Below are positions 58,111-64,000 of a stretch of DNA of 64,000 nucleotides, piece by piece; position 1 is the stretch's first letter, and the number at the start of each line of letters is the position of its first letter. Source of the DNA: an uncultured Bacteroidales bacterium (lineage in GTDB: Bacteria > Bacteroidota > Bacteroidia > Bacteroidales > GCA-2711565). The position numbers and the translations under genes are program-made. Where the stretch lies: assembly GCA_942491855.1 (NCBI GenBank), contig CALOCL010000025.1, positions 66,910 through 130,909 of the forward strand, read 5' to 3'. The notes below the pieces were generated by a model. That model searched no databases, was not told the origin of the DNA, and saw nothing but the letters and a program-made list of their open reading frames with translations.

Positions 58111-59580
58111 TTATAATTCTTTACGTAGACGTGCAACTGGAATGCTAAGTTGCTCTCTGTATTTGGCTACGGTTCTACGAGCAATAGCGTATCCTTTTTC
58201 TTTTAATATCCCTGTTAATTGCTCATCAGTAAGGGGTTTGCTCTTGTTTTCTCCCTCAATACAATCAGTAAGAATCTTTTTTATTTCTCGAGTTGAAACT
58301 TCTTCACCATCGTCTTTTTGCATTGATTCGGAGAAAAAACTTTTTAGTAAAAACGTGCCGAAAGGAGTTTGTACATATTTACTATTGGCCACACGTGAAA
58401 TGGTCGAAATATCCAGGTTAACGATTTCAGCAATGTCTTTTAAAATCATGGGCCGCAAACGTGTATCATCGCCCGAAAGGAAGTACTCACTTTGATACTC
58501 CATGATAGCATGCATTGTTACGTACAATGTATTTTGCCTTTGTTTAATGGCATCGATAAACCATTTAGCCGAATCGATTTTTTGTTTCACAAACATGAAA
58601 GCATCCTTCTGTTGCTTGGTTTTTTTACTTTCAGAATATGTCTGAAGCATGTCGGTGTACGACCGACTTAATCTTAATTCAGGAGCATTCCGGCTATTCA
58701 AGCTCAGTTCCAAAAGTCCATTATTGTTAAAAATCATGAAATCTGGAAGGATGTAGTGATTCGTTTTAGAAGTTTCACCTAAGGAATTTCCAGGCTTTGG
58801 ATTAAGCTTTAAAATTTCTGCTATGGCAGCTTTTAATTCCTCTTCCGAAATATTCGCCTTTTTAATAATCTTTTCGTAATGTTTTTTTGTAAACTCCGTA
58901 AAAAAGCGACTAAGAATAAGGGTAGCCAATTCAATGGCTGGATTCTCTTCATCCTTTCTTCCTAACTGAATTAACAAGCATTCCTGTAAACTTCGGGCAC
59001 CAACACCAGCCGGATCAAACTCTTGAATAACACTTAGCAATCTTAAAACTTCTTCCTTGGTAGTATTGATGTTTTGAGTAAAAGCCAAATCGTCCACCAT
59101 CGCGTTAATGTCTCTTTGGAGGTAACCTGAATCATCCAGATTTCCAATAATAATACTCGCTATCGCATGTTCTTCTTCACTTAATTTCCGATATCCTAAC
59201 TGCGAAAATAACACATCCTGAAAGCTTGTACCTGAAACAAAAGGAACTTCCCTTTGTTCATCATCACTGCTACTGTTATTTGCATTTAGTCTGTAGGAAG
59301 GAGTTTCATCATCATCAATATAATCACTCAAATCAAACTCATCCTCTTTACTATCGTATTCTTCTGTCTCAAAATTCTCATCCCCATCAATATCATCTCG
59401 TTCACTTAACTCTTCCAGTTCATCACTTTCCGCTGTTTCGTCTAAGGCCGGATTTTCTTCAATTTCCTGCTTGATTCTTTGTTCAAGTGCAATTGAAGGT
59501 ATCTGCAACAATTTCATCAACAAAATTTGTTGAGGAGATAGTTTCTGAAGTAACTTTTGTTGCAGTCGTTGATTTAACAT
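58111..59580 (-). CDS. rpoN: RNA polymerase sigma-54 factor
   Basis: 489 aa. N-terminal Q/L-rich region I, acidic linker and C-terminal RpoN box ARRTVAKYRE. Confidence 0.95.
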   Translation of the reverse strand: MLNQRLQQKLLQKLSPQQILLMKLLQIPSIALEQRIKQEIEENPALDETAESDELEELSERDDIDGDENFETEEYDSKEDEFDLSDYIDDDETPSYRLNANNSSSDDEQREVPFVSGTSFQDVLFSQLGYRKLSEEEHAIASIIIGNLDDSGYLQRDINAMVDDLAFTQNINTTKEEVLRLLSVIQEFDPAGVGARSLQECLLIQLGRKDEENPAIELATLILSRFFTEFTKKHYEKIIKKANISEEELKAAIAEILKLNPKPGNSLGETSKTNHYILPDFMIFNNNGLLELSLNSRNAPELRLSRSYTDMLQTYSESKKTKQQKDAFMFVKQKIDSAKWFIDAIKQRQNTLYVTMHAIMEYQSEYFLSGDDTRLRPMILKDIAEIVNLDISTISRVANSKYVQTPFGTFLLKSFFSESMQKDDGEEVSTREIKKILTDCIEGENKSKPLTDEQLTGILKEKGYAIARRTVAKYREQLSIPVARLRKEL

Positions 59581-59756
59581 TTAAATCGCTTTTTTATTGA
59601 GATCATTGTTTTTTTGATCTTTTACTAAGATACAAAAATCCCTCACTTTAAATCATAAAATGACATAGTCAATCGTGATATAGAATTTTTATAAATTACG
59701 TTTTAAAAAGTATTAAAACCTCCTTCACAAAAAAGGGTTTTCAATATTAGTCAGAC

Positions 59757-61196
59757 TTAAAATTCGGCACTTTGTGGGGCTCTCGGGAAAGGAATTACAT
59801 CTCTGATATTTCCCATACCGGTTATAAATAACATCAATCGTTCAAAACCAAGTCCATATCCGCTATGTGGAACGGTTCCAAATTTTCTGGTTTCTAAAAA
59901 CCACCACAATTCTTCTTCCGGAATATTTAATTCTTTAATTCTCGCATACAATTTGTCGTATTCTTCTTCTCTTTGCGATCCGCCAATAATTTCACCAATT
60001 TGTGGGAAGAGGACATCCATGGCTCTAACTGTTTTTCCATCCTCATTTTGCTTCATGTAAAAAGCCTTAATTTCCTTTGGATAGTCAACCAAAATCACGG
60101 GCTTTTTAAAATGTTTTTCTACTAAAAAGCGTTCGTGTTCCGATTGTAAATCTGCTCCCCATTCTTCGATGATGTATTGAAATTTTTTCTTTTTATTAGG
60201 TTTTGAGTTTTTCAGAATATCGATGGCTTCGGTATAAGTAAGGCGCACAAAATCATTTGCTATGACGAATTTTAATTTTTCAATTAATTCCATCGAGCGA
60301 TCTTCTACCTTTTTATTTTTTTCTTCTTCGATAAGTCGGTTACTTAAAAATGTAAGGTCTTCCAAGCAGTTATCAAGTGCGTATTTAACAACGTATTGTA
60401 AATGCTCTTCGGCCAAATCCATGTTATCATTAATATCATGGAAGGCAACTTCAGGCTCCAGCATCCAGAATTCGGCAAGATGCCTCGAAGTATTTGAGTT
60501 TTCAGCTCTGAAAGTTGGTCCAAAAGTGTAAACTTGCGACATGGCAAGTGCTGCCAATTCAGCTTCGAGCTGCCCAGAAACCGTTAGGTTGGTTGCTTTT
60601 CCGAAAAAATCTTCTTTAAAATTGATACTTCCGTCTTCGTTTTTTGGTAGATTATTCAAATCCAGTGTGGTGACCTTAAACATTTCGCCGGCCCCTTCCG
60701 CATCTGATCCGGTGATGATGGGAGCATGAATATTGTAATACCCTTTATCATTAAAAAATTTATGATTGGCAAAAATCATCGCATGACGAATACGGGTAAT
60801 TGCGCCAAAAGTATTTGTTCTAAATCGCAGATGGGCTTTCTCTCGAAGAAATTCAAGAGAATGTTTTTTAGGTTGCAAAGGATAAACATTAGGATCAGCT
60901 TCGCCTAAAATATCAATCTTTGTTGCATTCAGTTCAACACTTTGTCCGGCACCTTGCGATTGGTTTAAAACTCCTTCAACCGATAAAGCTGCTCCAGTAC
61001 TTATTCTGGCCAAAAAATCAGCATTATATTTTTGAAAATCAACAACTATCTGACAATTATTTAAACATGAACCATCGTTTAAGGCTATGAATGCCACATT
61101 CTTACTTACACGTTTTGTTCTTACCCAACCCTTAACAACTATGGTAGTTCCAAAGGTTTCGCTCTTTAATACTTCGTTGATTTTTGTACGTTTCAT
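59757..61196 (-). CDS. asnS: Asparagine-tRNA ligase
   Basis: 479 aa. OB-fold N-terminus, class II motifs FRAE...RHL.EFWM.E and GGSQRE, and GLGFERL. Confidence 0.93.
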   Translation of the reverse strand: MKRTKINEVLKSETFGTTIVVKGWVRTKRVSKNVAFIALNDGSCLNNCQIVVDFQKYNADFLARISTGAALSVEGVLNQSQGAGQSVELNATKIDILGEADPNVYPLQPKKHSLEFLREKAHLRFRTNTFGAITRIRHAMIFANHKFFNDKGYYNIHAPIITGSDAEGAGEMFKVTTLDLNNLPKNEDGSINFKEDFFGKATNLTVSGQLEAELAALAMSQVYTFGPTFRAENSNTSRHLAEFWMLEPEVAFHDINDNMDLAEEHLQYVVKYALDNCLEDLTFLSNRLIEEEKNKKVEDRSMELIEKLKFVIANDFVRLTYTEAIDILKNSKPNKKKKFQYIIEEWGADLQSEHERFLVEKHFKKPVILVDYPKEIKAFYMKQNEDGKTVRAMDVLFPQIGEIIGGSQREEEYDKLYARIKELNIPEEELWWFLETRKFGTVPHSGYGLGFERLMLFITGMGNIRDVIPFPRAPQSAEF

Positions 61197-61300
61197 TTCT
61201 ACTTGATTAAAATTTTATACAAAAAAACGACATTTTCATTTATAATCAATGCAATAATGTTATTAAAAACGCTTTATATTATTATACCTTTGTTTTAACA

Positions 61301-62398
61301 ATGGGAACAAGTTTTAATATTATTCCAATTAAGGATTGGCTGAACAGCGGAGAACAACCGCTTGTAATCAGCGGCCCATGCAGTGCTGAAAACGAAGAAC
61401 AAGTATTAGAAACTGCCAGGCAATTAGCCCATACAAAAAAAGTGCAGGTTTATCGCGCCGGTTTATGGAAACCCAGAACCCGGCCGAATTATTTTGAGGG
61501 TGTGGGATCAGAAGGGTTGGTTTGGTTACAAAAAGCAAAAAAAGAAACAGGTTTAAAAATTGCCGTTGAGGTAGCTAAACCAAAACATGTTGAAGAATGC
61601 CTATCACACGGGGTTGATATTGTATGGATAGGAGCCAGAACGGTTGTAAACCCATTTTCGGTAGAGGAAATTGCTGAGGCCTTGAAGGGATTAGACATTC
61701 CGGTTCTTGTAAAAAATCCTATTAATCCTGATTTAAAATTGTGGATGGGCGCCCTTGAACGCGTAAACAAATCGGGCATCAATAAATTAGCAGCCATTCA
61801 TCGTGGATTTTATTCCTTAAACCAATCGATTTACAGAAATCCACCCATGTGGGAAATTCCCATTGAGTTGAAACGTTTAGTTCCGGATATTCCAATTCTG
61901 GTTGACCCCAGTCATATTTGCGGCAATACCGATTTACTGGCCGATATCGCCCAAAAAGGAATGGATCTGGAGATGAATGGTATCATGATCGAGTCTCATT
62001 TCAAACCCTGGGCTGCCCTTTCGGATGCCAAGCAGCAAATAGAACCTAAGACACTCAATATTTTACTTAAAAATCTAATTCTCAGAAAAGTTAGTGGAAC
62101 AAAAGAATTTGAAAATACGCTGACGAAATATCGTACCCAGATCGATGAAATTGATGAAGCTCTTTTAGAGATTTTAGGAAGACGAATAAAAATAGTTAAC
62201 GAAATTGGGGAATACAAGAATGAGCATAAAATTACAATTTTACAACTAAAACGTTGGAGCTACATCATCGAAGATCGGCTTAAGAAAGGCTTGAAACACA
62301 ATCTGGATAAGGATTTTTTACTAAAGTTACTCGAGTTAATGCACGCAGAATCGATGCGTATTCAGACTGAAATTATGAATAAAAATTCGAAAAAATAA
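61301..62398 (+). CDS. Bifunctional 3-deoxy-7-phosphoheptulonate synthase (type I-beta) / chorismate mutase
   Basis: 365 aa. GPCS.E, RAG.WKPRT and DPSH motifs of KDO8P-like DAHP synthase. The C-terminal roughly 90 aa has the AroQ pattern R..ID.ID..LL..L..R. Confidence 0.85.
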   Translation: MGTSFNIIPIKDWLNSGEQPLVISGPCSAENEEQVLETARQLAHTKKVQVYRAGLWKPRTRPNYFEGVGSEGLVWLQKAKKETGLKIAVEVAKPKHVEECLSHGVDIVWIGARTVVNPFSVEEIAEALKGLDIPVLVKNPINPDLKLWMGALERVNKSGINKLAAIHRGFYSLNQSIYRNPPMWEIPIELKRLVPDIPILVDPSHICGNTDLLADIAQKGMDLEMNGIMIESHFKPWAALSDAKQQIEPKTLNILLKNLILRKVSGTKEFENTLTKYRTQIDEIDEALLEILGRRIKIVNEIGEYKNEHKITILQLKRWSYIIEDRLKKGLKHNLDKDFLLKLLELMHAESMRIQTEIMNKNSKK

Positions 62399-62400
62399 TT

Positions 62401-63309
62401 TTACATCCACTTCCGGCGCTTGAAATAAACTACCATTGTTGTCGCAATTGCAACCATCGATAAAATTACGATCCAAAATGAATTAGGTTCATTTTGAAAA
62501 GGTAAGCCCAGATTCATCCCATACAAGCCGGTGATAAATGTAAGTGGAAGTAAAATGGACGAAACCATGGTAAGCACTTTCATGATTTCATTTATTTTAT
62601 TGGCCTGTAACGAATCGAAAGTTTTTGAAAGGCCATCAATTAATTCCTCGTAATCCTCTGTCATATCCCACATTCGTTGATAGTAATCGAGAATATTACC
62701 CCAATAATCTTCCATGTTTTCGGCAAACCCTTCGATAGAGCCTGTTTCAAATTTATGAAATACCCGAAGTTGTGGTTTAAAAATGGTGTTTAGCAGGATG
62801 ATGTTTTTACGGGTAACAGAAATATGTCCAATGGTTTTCTCCGCCTTTTTATTAAATAATTCCTGACTGATAAAATCAAGCTCATTACCAACTCTTCGGA
62901 TAATCATCAACGATTCGGTCATCAATTTTTCTAAAACTTTATACAGCAATGCATCACTTGTTCCAACTCCAAATTCTTCATTTCTTTCTTTCTGCGCAAT
63001 GGCTTCCTGAAACATATCGTAAACCACCCAATGCGATTGACCGAGGGTAATAATATAATCTTCTCCCCAAAATATTTTGACTTCTTTGGTGTGCAAAAAG
63101 GTTCCGTTTTTATCGAAAGTTGGGAAATGAAGAATCATGAAATAATAATCGTCGTAAATATCGATTTTAGATCTTTGATTACCGGTTCTACAATCTTCAA
63201 GATCGAGCGGGTGGAAATGGAAATTGTCTTTTAAATAGTCAAGGTTTTCATCCGAAGGATTAAGAATGTGATGCCATTTTAGCGTTCCTATTTTGATGGT
63301 TTCAATCAT
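62401..63309 (-). CDS. corA: CorA-family divalent-metal transporter
   Basis: 302 aa. C-terminal two TM helices with a GLYGMNLG (GMN) motif. Confidence 0.85.
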   Translation of the reverse strand: MIETIKIGTLKWHHILNPSDENLDYLKDNFHFHPLDLEDCRTGNQRSKIDIYDDYYFMILHFPTFDKNGTFLHTKEVKIFWGEDYIITLGQSHWVVYDMFQEAIAQKERNEEFGVGTSDALLYKVLEKLMTESLMIIRRVGNELDFISQELFNKKAEKTIGHISVTRKNIILLNTIFKPQLRVFHKFETGSIEGFAENMEDYWGNILDYYQRMWDMTEDYEELIDGLSKTFDSLQANKINEIMKVLTMVSSILLPLTFITGLYGMNLGLPFQNEPNSFWIVILSMVAIATTMVVYFKRRKWM

Positions 63310-63456
63310 ATTCCCTCCTTTTTTAAGCTGATGATAAACTGGTTTTTACATTCCCTGGATTGGTTTTTGGTGGGTCAAAAGTACGCAAATTAATTTAAAA
63401 AATTAAAGCTTGAAACAAAAAATGACCTGAGGATTGAAAAAGAAAATCGGAAAAAT

Positions 63457-64000
63457 TTAATTCGATTTCCATTTCAAACTCGTAATGAGATGCTCAATAT
63501 CCTGTTTTATAAAACTGATTACTGGTGCTAATGAATCGTTATTAGGTGCAACATTAAAGTACAGCGCCCCCCTTAAAAAATGCTGGATGCTATCCGTTAC
63601 AAAAAACTGATAAGAAGACGCAGTACTCAATCCACTAATCTCAAATATCAAACCGTAAACACTGTCTTGTTCATTTAAAACAAGTCGGTTGTCGATAGAA
63701 GAGGCTTTTGAAATGTGTTTGTATGCCATTGCATGTGTATCCTCCACATATTCTTGTAAGTTATCCTCAATGCTTTTATAACTCAAATGCAGGCTTCCTT
63801 TAAATTGAGGAAAATCGACATTGATCCAATAAGGTTGATCAGGCGAATCTGTATCGGGGGTAATACGTGCATAAGTGGGGAATTCGAACGTAAACGGGAA
63901 TGTAGTATCAAAAGCCTGGAAAGATTTTTCTGGAAGATCAATCCTGAAGTAACCACGAGGTTTAGGCATGTAGTCAGTATCACATGAAATGAAAAGCAGT
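63457..64000 (-). CDS. gldD: Gliding-motility lipoprotein GldD-like (N-terminus runs off the window)
   Basis: PKPRGYFRIDLPEK..., as I recall for GldD. The frame stays open upstream of the track's Met to the window end and reads ..LLFISCDTDY, a lipobox (L-x-x-C). The real start is therefore beyond 64000. Confidence 0.6.
   Translation of the reverse strand, partial: LLFISCDTDYMPKPRGYFRIDLPEKSFQAFDTTFPFTFEFPTYARITPDTDSPDQPYWINVDFPQFKGSLHLSYKSIEDNLQEYVEDTHAMAYKHISKASSIDNRLVLNEQDSVYGLIFEISGLSTASSYQFFVTDSIQHFLRGALYFNVAPNNDSLAPVISFIKQDIEHLITSLKWKSN

Noticed and set aside
59581-59756. T-box or leader element upstream of asnS or downstream of rpoN
   Set aside because: This segment lies downstream of asnS. 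The true asnS upstream spacer (61197-61300) is only about 100 bp, with no specifier-type structure or mini-ORF. T-boxes are not expected in this phylum.
63310-63456. Mg-sensing M-box upstream of corA
   Set aside because: The spacer is too short and lacks the multi-helix conserved core, with only AT-rich sequence present.

Overview
The window looks like a chromosomal segment of a low-GC, gliding Bacteroidota bacterium. Supporting signs are sprA at the left edge, a gldD-like lipoprotein at the right edge, TAnnTTTG-type promoters, no Shine-Dalgarno sequences, an exbB-exbD-exbD cluster and rpoN. About 90% is tightly packed housekeeping DNA. This covers recombination (ruvA, ruvB, recX), a C4-dicarboxylate/propionate block (maeB, mdh, class I and class II fumarases, a three-subunit biotin acyl-CoA carboxylase, a DAACS transporter), prfB with its programmed +1 frameshift, asparagine genes (asnA, ansA, asnS), fbaA, queG, class II RNR nrdJ, DAHP synthase/chorismate mutase, corA and three tRNAs. 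Two places stand out. (1) A roughly 4 kb, visibly more AT-rich islet sits in the 3' half of tRNA-Arg(UCG), bounded by a perfect 43-bp direct repeat. It carries only a decayed integrase fragment, a split-kinase HipB-HipS-HipT-type tripartite toxin-antitoxin operon with four evenly spaced palindromic operators, and an orphan PD-(D/E)XK-type nuclease-like gene with an unassignable C-terminal half. (2) The asnA leader contains two tandem mini-ORFs extremely rich in Asn codons. Each ends just before or inside an antiterminator segment that competes with a strong intrinsic terminator. This looks like a tandem Asn-sensing ribosome-mediated attenuator, which I do not know to be described. All calls rest on reading the sequence and on remembered family motifs. 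No database search or folding program was run.
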